NCBI RefSeq assembly: GCF_000143415.4
Contig: NW_003314320.1
Coordinates: forward strand, 881,231-945,230
DNA: 64,000 bases
Direction of reading: 5' to 3'
Source: Selaginella moellendorffii
Taxonomy: Eukaryota > Plantae > Lycopodiophyta
In this document: positions 37,670 through 49,804 of the stretch, in pieces
Position numbering within the stretch: position 1 is the first letter of the stretch
Layout: every line of letters begins with the position of its first letter
Notes under the pieces: generated by a model
The model's database searches: none
Told to the model about the DNA's origin: nothing
Seen by the model: only the letters and a program-made list of their open reading frames with translations
Program-made: the position numbers and the translations under genes

Positions 37670-40600
37670 GTCCATCTCGGACTCCATCTCGGGTCCATTT
37701 CGGACTCCATCTCGAACTCCATATCGGACTCCACTTCGGGTCCATCTCGGACTCCATCTCGGACTCCATATCGGACTCCACTTTGGGTCCATCTCAGACT
37801 CCATATCGGACCCCATATTGGACTCCACTTCGGGTCCATATCGGACTCCATATCGGACTCCACTTTGGGTCCATCTCGGACTCCATATCGGACTCCATCT
37901 CGGACTCCACTTCGGACTCCATATCGGACTCCATATCGGACTCCACTTCAGGTCCATCTCGGACTCCACTTTGGGTCCATCTTGGACTCCAACTCGGGTC
38001 CGCCTCGGACTCCATCTCGGACACTTCCACGTGTCATGTGTTGTCCTTTTTGGGTCCCTTTTTGGAGCCTTGCTTATTAGTTGCCTCGTGCTTGCTCCTC
38101 GAGCACTTTGTTAGGAGTTCCACTCCCGCTCCCAACCTTCCAAGTCGGAACTTTTAGTCCAAACGTGTTATGCTCGTTTGGCTTTCGCTTCGGCCACTAC
38201 CACGTGGCACCCTTTCCGGCTCCACTTTGGGGCCTAGGGATTTTGTGTCTCACAACTCCACCACCTATAGACGAAGTTCGATATCCTCATCGAACAATAA
38301 ACTATTTTATAGAGTAACACCCACATGTGTTACCATTTCCATCCTTAGCACCTAGCCAATATTTGTCAATAGTTTGACATTGAAGGCTCACCATGCCTTC
38401 TCTATATTCGTTAATGGTTTGACACCAAAGGCTCACTATGCCTTGCCCATCCTCTAAGGAGCATAGTCTTTCCAACATAGAGACTTATTCGACCACCTGG
38501 GGTGGTTTGCTCCATTTTATTGGTTCAGTTCTCACTAAACCTGTTAGAGACATCTTCTCTAACTCAATTCCCACTACTCATTCTCGAGTGGTCTTAGTTC
38601 CCATCGATATAACCTTTGCACTTTGGAACTTTGTATTTTGACTTCTTGGAGTCAATTTCCTAAGTGTCTCCGACACCTTGCTTTGCACCTTTTGTGCAAC
38701 TCCACTTCCCATCCTAAGAAGTTCTCTACTCGAGGGCACCATCATCCTCTCTTCTATTTCGTGCCACCCTGGGGCACTAAGTTCCAGTTATCATACTTTG
38801 TGTTAGGGCTGTTCATGGCCCTATCATTTGGCTACCTTACCGCTCCCTCCCTTGGAGCTTCCTTTTTCGCCAAATCGGAGCAATTCGGAATCCATCCTTG
38901 GAAACACACTTCCTTTCCCGCAATTTGTTAGCGTCCAACACATTAGTGTTCCTCACCTAACTTTGCCACTTGGATTCCTTCCAAGGGATTCCACGGCCCT
39001 ATCTTGGCCACTCATCTTTTGCTCCTATCCGTTGATTGTTGCACCAAACAACACCGAATCTCTACCCCCCTCCTTGAGGTATTTTTTTGATTCCATAGCA
39101 AAGGCTCTGCTTTGCCAAGACTAGGGTGTTCACCCCTAGTAAGTCTCTTTAGCATCTTCTGCTGTGGGCTCTATCCATGGCCCAACTTTGTGACCCTCCC
39201 ATGGGTCTCTTTAGAGATTACTTTCCTTGGACACACTATGCCATCGCAAGGACATAGCTCATTTCCCTAAGGTGCTTTTCCCACTTGGTCATCTTGACCA
39301 AGCCACACCATCATCAATAGTTCAAATCAACATTTTGAACTAGGAACCTTATTCCTTAGCCCAAACAAGGACCTTGTCCTTATTTAGCTACAAGATCACC
39401 TAGTGATCTCACCTCGGCACCTTAACAGGTTTGCCAATAGGTATTAGGTCTTCCAGACCTTTAATTTGTTGGGGGCATCCCCCACACTTGGCGGTGCGCC
39501 CAAGCCAGCCCTTCTGGCCAAGGGTCCATAGCAACTGAGACTGGGTGTCCCCATCTCATTCACCACGTCCTTGGTATCACTTGCACCAAAGTGTTCAAGT
39601 TAGATATGCTGAGCCACACTAAGCAATCTAACCGTGCATCACGACTCCGAGGCATCCCTCACTTGGCGGTGTGCCCAAGCCAGTCTCCACACTGAGAGTC
39701 CATGACCACCGAAAAATGAGTGTCCTCATATTCCAAACCATCACCACGCCCTAGTGAGTTGGGACTCGAACCCAAGCACTAGAGGGTCGGGACTCGAACC
39801 CAACCTCCGTATATGCATCTACGGACGGCATCACCCAGGATGCCTGGCGTGACTCCCCACGCCGGTGCACCAACTTATACTCAAAGCGCGCCATAGATCA
39901 CAGCTTAGGAACCTAGTTCCTCCACACTGCCAAGTCCTCTCACTTGACAAGTCTGTGATCATGCATGGACTCCTCCATGCTTGGCCCCATGGCCCACCCT
40001 TTTTGAAGTTATCACCTTCAACTAGGGTATTTGTTCCCCTGACTTGCCAATCTCACTTTGGCAAGTCCTCCGACCACTGTAACATGGTTCCTGCACAAGC
40101 GTGAAAGCCCTTGGTCATCGACTTTCGTTCAAAGCCCTCTCTTTGAACACTCAGGAACTTCTTCCCTAACCTTGATAGCCTTGCCTCATGGCAAGCTTCA
40201 AAACCACGCTTCTGCTGCGCCACTCTGATTTCGTGCGTTCCTTGAACCATTTACACTTGGCCTTTCTAGGTACTAAGTTACCTAGAATCATTTTTGGGAA
40301 CCTTGAAGAAACTCTGTCCCTTATCTTGCTAATGCCTCCCTTTTTGCAAGCTTTCAAATTACCATATAATATAACATGGACAATTCCATATTTTAGACTC
40401 TCTATGGCATCACGGTTGCTAACGGCAACACCCTCGAGCCCCCACTTGATTCTCCACTCCCAGCTGGCATAACCAACCTTGGTTATGCCCTTCGATTCCT
40501 ATGGTTCAGTTTTATCCCCTTACTTCTTGCTTTTGGCTTCACACCTTTCCTTCGCTCATTCTCCTCCAGACCAGGAGGATAGCTTTGCACTTTCTATCAT

Positions 40601-43301
40601 GCCTTAGCAAGTATTCTTAGGGATGAACCTACCTAATAGCCTAGGGAGTGGTTCCTCAATCCAGGTATGCTCACCCTATAATCCCACACAACAAGATTAC
40701 GTTGTTGCTTATGGGCCTTTACATGCCCATCACTAACCTTGCCAAAATTCCATTTTTAGCTTTGTCTAACTTGAATAGACAGTCTTCTCCTGTCTCTGCC
40801 ACCTTTGGACATTTGGATAGCACTTTCTATCCATCATTCGCTAGGGACTTAGTCCCTTGGGCCTATCAAAGTTGATTTCTTTTTGGGAACACCTTTCCCA
40901 CGACTTTAGCATAGCATATTTTGCCATCGATGAGATACCCTCTATTCTCATCCTTGGATCCTATGATCCCCCCCCCCCCCATCCTTCGTGGGGTACAACA
41001 CACCTTAGTCCAAATGCTTTCATTAGTCCTTTTAGGACCATTCCTTGACTCTACTTGAGTCATCTAGTAGTTTTGGACTTGGTTAATCCACAGACCCGTA
41101 AGGTCCCACTTGTGAGGCACTAGCTCACTGAAATACACTTCCTGCATTCTTGTCCTACTTAGAAGGACTATTTTCACAAGTATTACTCTGACACTTGTTT
41201 TTGTTCTCTGGGGCAAACTCTGGTTAGGACTATTTGTCCATGTGATGAGAATACCAACTCATCTCTAAGTACACCCCCCAACTCCTTGGGTTGTTCCAGT
41301 ATTTATTAAAGGTAGCCTCAGCTACCATTTCAAGGACTTCAGTCCTCTTCCATATTTGACCTCCCACGGTCATTACTTCTGGTCTCACATTCATGAGCAC
41401 CAACCTCAACTATATGAGGATAATCTTGTGACTCCCTTATTGCTTTGGAGTCTTTATCTTTTTTGTGATCCCAACTTTAGTTGTTTACCACAACTACATT
41501 GACCATTTACTGAGTCAAACGCTCATCTGGATCACATCCTCAACTCTCTGAGGAAAACCATATACTGTTCCCAAGATCCCAAAGTCATTCCCTTACCAGC
41601 CCCTTTTCTATCCACCACATCGCGCCCAAGTCACGCATGAACTTGAGTGGAGAGCCATGTCCTCTCGGCATGCTACTCCTCAAGGATAGGCCCACTCCTA
41701 GGACCTTCCAATGCCAATATCAATGGTGATATACTTGAGCACCAATAAAAGTCGGACTAAGGAACAGCTCTGATACCAAATTGTAAGCGACTAAATTTTC
41801 CATTCTACTTTAGTCACTTAACCACACCTCCGACCACTTGGAGGAGTCTCAATCACAACCTCCATAAGTCCATTTCAAGACTTGGGACTTGCTAACCCCG
41901 AGAATGGCATCCATGCCACTCAACATTTGCACTTGGTCCAAGTGCCCCACGTGTCCGATCCCATGACCAACACTCAAAAGTACCACCGACATGGCAGCCT
42001 GTTACGCTAAGGCCATGCCTAATCACCTTTGCCACACTGGTAGTCCAATACCACTTGTATCACAGTCTTGGCTCTCCAAGACTAGGCAAACCATCCGTGA
42101 GTGGTCATCTCAGATCCACTCCTTAGCATCCTTAGGATGCCCACCGACAAGGAGAATAGCCTTCCCCAATATCCCTCTGTCAGTCCCCACTAAGTCCCTT
42201 TCTGCCCCTGGCCGTGTTTGCCAACACTACCACTAGATCGAGGCCCACAGGCCCGACCACTAAGTCCCACGGTCCTCTGGGACTTCCTCACCACACGACT
42301 GTGTCCTTGGTCACTACCCCAGAGGACTGCTCCTCTTCCTTTCCTCAGTCTGGGCCTTTGGGACAACATTTTGGAACACCATGGCCTTACGCGAACCACC
42401 TGGGTACTCTCCCCGCCTTCCGCCCTTGGGTGCTCTAGCCATGGGCTTAGAGCGAGGTTCCATTGAGCCACGCCTGGTATCCAAATAGGTAGTGCCACCC
42501 ACACTTGGACTGGGAGCATCAGCCAGTCGATCTCCTGGGGGAACTAGAGCCGGCTCTTGAACACTTCACCAAGCTACCCCGGTTGTCGGTCCGTGTGGAC
42601 TCCATCTCGGACTCCATCTCGGGCTCATCTCGGGTCCATCTCGAACTCCGTCTCGGGCCCATCTCGGACCCCATCTTGGGTCCATCTCGGACTCCATCTC
42701 GGACTCCATCTCGGACTCCAAACCGGACTCCACTTCGGGTCCATCTCGAACTCCATCTCGGACTCCATATCGGACTCCACTTCGGGTCCATCTCGGACTC
42801 CATATCGGACCCCATATCGGACTCCACTTCGGGTCCATCTCGGACTCCATATCGGACCCCATATCGGACTCCACTTCGGGTCCATATCGGACTCCATATC
42901 GGACTCTACTTCGGGTCCATCTCGGACTCCATATCGAACTCCATCTCGGACTCCACTTCGGACTCCATATCGGACTCCATATCGGACTCCACTTCGGATC
43001 CATCTCGGACTCCACTTCGGGTCCATCTCGGACTCCAACTCAGGTCCGCCTCGGACTCCATCTCGGACACTTCCACGTGTCATGTGTTGGTCCTTTTTGG
43101 GTCCCTTTTTGGAGCCTTGCTTATTGGTTGCCTCGTGCTTGCTCCTCGAGCACTTTGTTGGGAGTTCCACTCCCACTCCCAACTTTCCAAGTCGGAGCTT
43201 TTAGTCCAAACGTGTTATGCTCGTTTGGCTTTTGCTTCGGCCACTACCACGTGGCACCCTTTCCGGCCCCACTTTGGGGCCTAGGGATTTTGTGTCTCAC
43301 A
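37670..43301 (-). mobile_element. Family C non-autonomous LTR retroelement (rest of 3' LTR 37670-38254, degenerate internal region, 5' LTR 41782-43301)
   Basis: Both LTRs end ...TGTGTCTCACA. PBS TGGTATCAGAGC on the minus strand at 41767-41778. PPT at 38255-38265. No RT or IN ORF in the 3.5-kb interior. 12-bp GGACTCCATCTC arrays in the LTRs. Confidence 0.85.
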
Positions 43302-44783
43302 CTAAACCTTACCGATGGGTTTGGTTTCTTTGCTTAGGAGGGTTGGGGCCTCTAGCTTCTCTCTCTATGTTCCTGCAAGCAGGGGCATATCACACTTTTG
43401 TAAGCTGGGTGACTCCTAGAGTAGCAAGGGTGGCTGACTCCGTGGGTCATTTCCTTGTCGGCGACAGCCGGAAGGTGTCTGAGCTGGTAGCGCATCCGCG
43501 TTAGACAAAGAGGTTGCCTCCTAACTCATTTAAGTTGGTGCATTTCTCACATAGTGTGAATATTGTGAACTTTTTCTGGAGTTGTTTCCTTGGCGGTATT
43601 CTAGACTCGAGTGTGCATCGATAAGGACGTCGATCTTCTCTAGGGGGGGAGAGTGTTGCGAATATGACTTTGGGTATCGAAAGTTACCTGTCGACTAATC
43701 CTTACGGACACTCTTACCTTACTGCCACGATGGCAGGAGGTCGGTATTGCTCGACCCGTTATTAGTCTCCGCCTAAGCTAGTTGAGAAACTGGTCATCAC
43801 ATGTGCACTTAGACCGGAAGGGCACTAAGGAAGGAAATCCTAAGTTGTCTTTTAGTCAAGCAGATTTGACACGGTGATGAGAAACTCATGATGTTGACTT
43901 GCACTTGCTAGTGTTGGGAACCCCTGCGATATTGAGTTTGGTCCCTCAATATCGCTAGATGATAGCTTACCGTGTCTGCCCCTCGTTATCATGCCCTTAG
44001 TGTTAGTCTGAATTCGGTCCCAAATGCTATTTATGGAAAGTGTCCAGATTTGCTCATTTGGTATATCTACGGAATGTAGAGATTGGCTTGAACACGATGG
44101 TGTTTATCCCGTGTCCAAATTCGCAATCTAAGGACATTCCATATTTAATAAGTTTCAAGCTTGTCCCAGAGACTAACTCCTAATACTAAGGGAGGCTTGG
44201 GTGAAAGCCCAAAGCGTGTGTTCCTCAAGGGGGGGGGGGGCTGTGGGGGGTTCCAAATGTATAGTAGGGATAGTGGGTAGGTTGGGCATAGCCGACCAAC
44301 CTGAGGCATAGTCTAGCTCCCGCTTGTGTGCCTGTCCTTGTTCTGCGTCCGGCTTGGGTCTAAGCCCAAGTTCCATTCCATGCTAGCTGGTGGAGTACCC
44401 ATATCCTCGCGTTAGGCCACCAGTATGCCGAAATAGTGCCAGACTCTGTTTGGCTCCGTTTTGCGTGCTGGTCCTGGCATTGGGATGCTGGTTGCTCCAG
44501 GACTGTTCCAAGTCGCTCCGAGCTCATGTCCCTTCGCTCCTTGGGCTTTATGCTCGGGAGTTGCTCCGTGGTTCGGTTCCATCACTCTTTGGCTTCACGC
44601 TTGGGAGTTTGGCACCGTTCCTTCGTTCAGTGGCCCAAGGCCCTGAACCTCGGGTTCCTATGGACACGTGGCATGGACACATGGCATCTGTCACGTGGCA
44701 CAAAAAGGGTTTAAGTTCCGCTTCGTGGTGTTATCCTATGGTAAATCACCATAGGATAAAGGGTCAAAACCACGTGCGCTACA
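43302..44783 (+). mobile_element. 3' end of an older Gypsy element (family E): decayed tail, PPT and 3' LTR 43654-44783
   Basis: AGGGGGGGAGAG is followed by TGTTGCG...CGCTACA. The LTR contains the promoter-like module shared with families B and C. Confidence 0.7.
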
Positions 44784-45807
44784 CATATCAATCATTTTTT
44801 ACTTTTATGATTCTCATTCTAAATTTGGTATTGAGTTGAAAGTTTTTTTATCCTTTTCATACTAATATAGATGTTGAGTATATACATGAAGTTGAGAATC
44901 TTATTTTTATTTCTTTGGTGGAGTCTTTGATTAATTATAGTATCCTTTATTCCAAAAGTTAAGTTATTTTAGCCAAAGTTTCAGATTGAATGCATATCCT
45001 TATTTGTGAGTTTTATTGAAAGCTTTTGCTTTACACTTGTTGCTAAGGAGTTTATGTGTTTTCTTGAGAGTGTAGACATTTCTATTGATTTTCTTATCTC
45101 AAATGTTAAGTTAAATATTAAGGAGGTTGAGTAATATAAATCTTTTTATTGTGATCGAAGTATTTTATGATAGGAAGTCCTTTATTTTTCAACACATGTT
45201 CTTCTTTTGATTTCCCCATTTTTGCATTGTTAGCTACAACAAATTCCTCTTCTAATGCTTCTTTATCCATTTTTTCTTTGTCTATAATATTTCTTCCTCA
45301 ATTTTTCTCATTTTCACTTTTTTAGAAGCAAGGATGAATGTCATGAATTGTAAAATGAGGATGAGTATAATGGGTCTAAACAGAATACCTCACCTCAACA
45401 TAATAAGGCCAAATGGATATGATAGTAGAGTGAAGTTGAACATAGATGGCAAAGTGAGAGCAAGCATAACAAATCTTGATACTTTAGAACTTTTTGTCCT
45501 TTAAGGAGGAGGATGTGGAATACGAATGAAGTGAGTCTAATTTCTTATATGTGTTGTTGAAGGAGGATGACAATTCTTAGACGTTGACCAAAGGGAAAAT
45601 GCAAAAGCAAGTTTTGTTTATGGTAATAAATCTGAATTAATAGTGGTTCTGGAAGTTTGTTGACAGGTAGACTTAGTTAAGTAATACATTGATTGTAATA
45701 CTATAACATATGGACTATCCATTTGGGACTGAATTTGGTCCATTCATTCTTATATATAAGTCGTGATCTAAACCTTAATTAATATATATATTCTCATATT
45801 TCAAGCA

Positions 45808-46256
45808 CTCTCTCTCTCTCTCTCTCTCTCTTTCACACACACACAGATACACATATATACATATACACATACATACATATATACATACATACATATACAC
45901 ATATACACATATACACATACATACATATACACATATATACATATACACATACATATACATATACATATATATACATATACACATACATATACATATACAT
46001 ATATATACATATATATACATACATATACATATATACATATACATTTATACATATATACATATACACATATATACATATATACATATACACATATATATAT
46101 ACATATATATATACACATACACATATATACATATATACATATATACATATACACATATATATATACATATATATATACACATACACATATATACATATAT
46201 ACATATATACATATACACATATATATATACATATATATATATACACATAGACATAT

Positions 46257-46291
<35 letters not shown>

Positions 46292-46294
46292 TAT

Positions 46295-46329
<35 letters not shown>

Positions 46330-46454
46330 TATATATATACACATACACATACACATACACATATACATATACACATACACATACACATATACACATACAT
46401 ACACATACACATATACATATACACATACATATACATACACATATACATATACAC

Positions 46455-46487
<33 letters not shown>

Positions 46488-46507
46488 TACAGATACATAT
46501 ACATATC

Positions 46508-46551
<44 letters not shown>

Positions 46552-46590
46552 CATATACATATACATATATACATATACATATATATGTAT
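45808..46590. repeat. Compound microsatellite (CT)n-(CA)n-(CATATA/CATACA)n, about 780 bp
   Basis: Directly visible. It produces the spurious YMYV/CIC ORFs. Confidence 0.97.
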
Positions 46591-49500
46591 GTTGTGAGTG
46601 CATGGAATATGGAAAGGGAATACAAAAAATGTATATATTAATTAGCCCAAAACCCTAGCTTATATACAGGAGCGAGTGGTCCGGATTGAAACCAATCTGA
46701 TAGTTACTAAAATCCCACTATATTAATATTAGTATATGGCATTGTAGCTGTACACTTGGACCTCACATCATCCTCTCTTTTTGGAATAATGGAAGACCAT
46801 TAGAGTTCTTTTGTAAATGGGCTGGGATTTGGAGGAATGTTAGGAGGAGGCATTAGTGGATTTGTAGGTGGTATTAACTGTTCTTGATCCCTTTGTACAA
46901 AGCGCTTTAATTGTTGCATATGCCATTTCAACTGTTGCATAATTTCTGGAGGATTGGCATGTTGGACGTCATATCGAACCTCATAAACTTGTGGTCCAAC
47001 TTGCCTCAATACCTGATATGGTCCTTTCCATTGAGCAAGGATTCCCTTAAATAAACCATGTACCATAAGATGGGGAAAATGGACTAACACTAAGTCATCC
47101 ACTTTGTACTTTACAGGTGGACAATGATGGGAGTTGTAGTGCCATTGTTGTCCCAATTGTATGCGACCTAAGTGTTTGGTAGACTCTGCTTAGAAAAGTG
47201 GAAGGATGCTCGTCAAATACTAATCCCACGACTTAGCATTGGCAGTTCATGGCAATCGTCAAAGGTAAACCTAGCTCCATTAGTAATATTAAATCATGAT
47301 TATATAGGATTTTATATGGTGAAACACCATTAGAACTCTGCATCCCTGTAACATATGCATACCAAAAAGATGGCAAATAACCATCCCAATTTGAATGCTA
47401 AAAGTTCATGTACTTCGTGATCATCCTTTTGAATGTCTGACCGAGCCATTCCACCAAACTGTCTGATTGTGGGTAATAAGCACTTGTGAAAGTGTGGCGT
47501 ATCCCCAACTAAGACATCAAAACATGAAATGCCTTAGCTATAAATGTGGGATTATTATCCGAAAGAATCTGCTCTAGACAAGAATGCTGGAACACCACTC
47601 GATTGAAGAGGAAATATCCAACAGTAGTTGTAGAGGTGCTAGCAAAAACACCAACTTCCACCCAAAGAATCAAGTAATCAGAAGCAATAATAACATGCTT
47701 ATTGCTAGCAATCGATCATGGAAACGGTCCTATAAAATCAAACGCCACAAACTCAAACAAACAGGAAACTGCAATTGACTCCAACCGTCCTTCCACAATG
47801 TGAGAGGAATATTATAAGTTTGGCACCAAACGCAGTTACGCATATATCGAATAACATCAGGTCGCATATCCGGCTAATAGAAAGACCTGCACAACTTCTC
47901 AGTCACATGATAATGTTCTATATGCCCACCTAGAATAGGAGAATCATAGTAGGCATGGAGAAACCATGGACTAAAAATTGAAGGTACAATCAGCCGTAAA
48001 TGATTATTAAGATCCATCCCCACAAAATAAAGAAGGCCATCTTTAAGGCGATATTGAGAATGTAAATGTTATAATGGTAAGTTATTAGTACGTGATATAG
48101 GATTCTCAAACCCTTCTCGAAGTTTTCAAATCCACAGTGTGAGACACAAAATCCCTAGGCCCCAAAGTGGAGCCAGAAGGGCGCAACGTGGTAGTGGCCG
48201 AAGCGAAAGCCAAACGAGCGAAACACGTTTGGACTAAAAGCTCCGACTTGGAAGGTCAAGAGCGGGAGTGGAACTCCCAACAAAAGTGCTCGAGGAGCGA
48301 GCACGAGGCAACCAATAAGCAAGGCTCCAAAAAGGGACCCAAAAAGGACCAACACATGACGTGTGGAAGAGTCCGAGATGGACCGAGACGGAGTCCGAGA
48401 TGGAGTCCGAGATGGACCGAGACGGAGTCTGAGATGGACCGAGACGGAGTCCGAGATGGAGTCCGAGATGGAGTTCGAGATGGACTGAGACGGAGTCCGA
48501 GATGGAGTCCGAGATGGAGTCCGAGATGGAGTCTGAGATGGAGTCCGAGGTGGACCGAGACGGAGTCTGAGATGGAGTCCGAGATGGACCGAGACGGAGT
48601 CTGAGATGGACCGAGACGGAGTCCGAGATGGAGTCTGAGATGGAGTCCGAGGTGGACCGAGACGGAGTCCGAGATGGAGTCCGAGATGGAGTCTGAGATG
48701 GACCCGAGATGGAATCCGAGATGGAGTCCGAGAAGGACCCGAGATGGAGTCCGAGGTCGAGACCAAGACCGGGACCGAGATCGAGACCGAGACCGAGATC
48801 GGGACCGAGACCGAGGCCGAGGCCAAGGCCGAGTCCGAGCCTAAGTCTGAGTCCGAGTCCGAGTCCAAGTCTGAGTCCGAGTCCGAGTTCGAGTCTGAGA
48901 GGGTGAAAGCCCAAAGCGTTCGTCTCCTAGACCCTAGGGGGTTTGGTGAGCTCCAAAAGTATAGTAAGGGGGAGGTCTGCAGTGGAGCCAGTTTGGCACA
49001 GAGAGGCTGCACCTAGTGTTGGGTGATGAGCTGACCACTGGGAAGTCCAAGACTAGAGTGAACATGGACCGACAAGCGGGGTAGCTTAGTGAAGTGTTCA
49101 AAAGCTGGCTCTAGTTCCCCCGGGAGATCGACTGGCCGATGCTCCCAGTCCAAGTGTGGGTGGCACTACCTACTTGGATACCTGGTGTGGCTCAATGGAA
49201 CCTCGCTCTAAGCCCATGGCTAGAGCACCTAAAGGCGAAAGGTAGGGAGAGTACCCATGAGGCCTGCATAGGGCCACGGTGTTCCGAAATGTCATCCCAA
49301 AGTCCCAGACTGTGAAAAGGAAGAGGAGTAGCCCTCTGGTGTGGTGACGAAGGACACAGTCACACAGGGAGGAAGTCCTAGAGGACAGTGGGACTTAGTG
49401 GTCGGGCCCATGAGCCTTGATCTAGTGGCAGTGTTGGTGACCACGGCTAAGGACGGAAAGGGACTTGGTGGGGACTGGAACGGAGATATTGGGGAAGGTT

Positions 49501-49804
49501 AATCCCCATGTCTATGGGCATCCTAAGGATGCTAAGGAGTGGATCTGGGATGATCACTCATGGATGGATGGCCGAGTCTTTGAGTGACGGGACTGGGGTG
49601 CAAATGGTGTCAGACCATCGGTGTGACCAAGGTGAATAGGCTTAGCATAACAGGCTGATATGTTGGTGGTACCTTGGGGTGTCGGCTGTGGGATCGGACA
49701 CGTGGAGCACTTGGACCAAGTGCAAAGGTTGAGTGGTGGGGATGCCATTCTCGGGGCTAGTAAGCCCAAGTCCAAAATAAGACTTACGGAGGTTGTGAGT
49801 GAGA

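Noticed and set aside
45775-46625. Long ORFs rich in Y/M/V/C/I
   Set aside because: These are translations of the CA/TA microsatellite, which lacks stops on that strand.
37517-49016. WSPRWSPR, SDSISDS and LGLHLGL ORFs (also near 12000-12400, 14000-14300 and 20400-20700)
   Set aside because: Artefacts of the 6/12-bp GGACTCCATCTC arrays inside LTRs.
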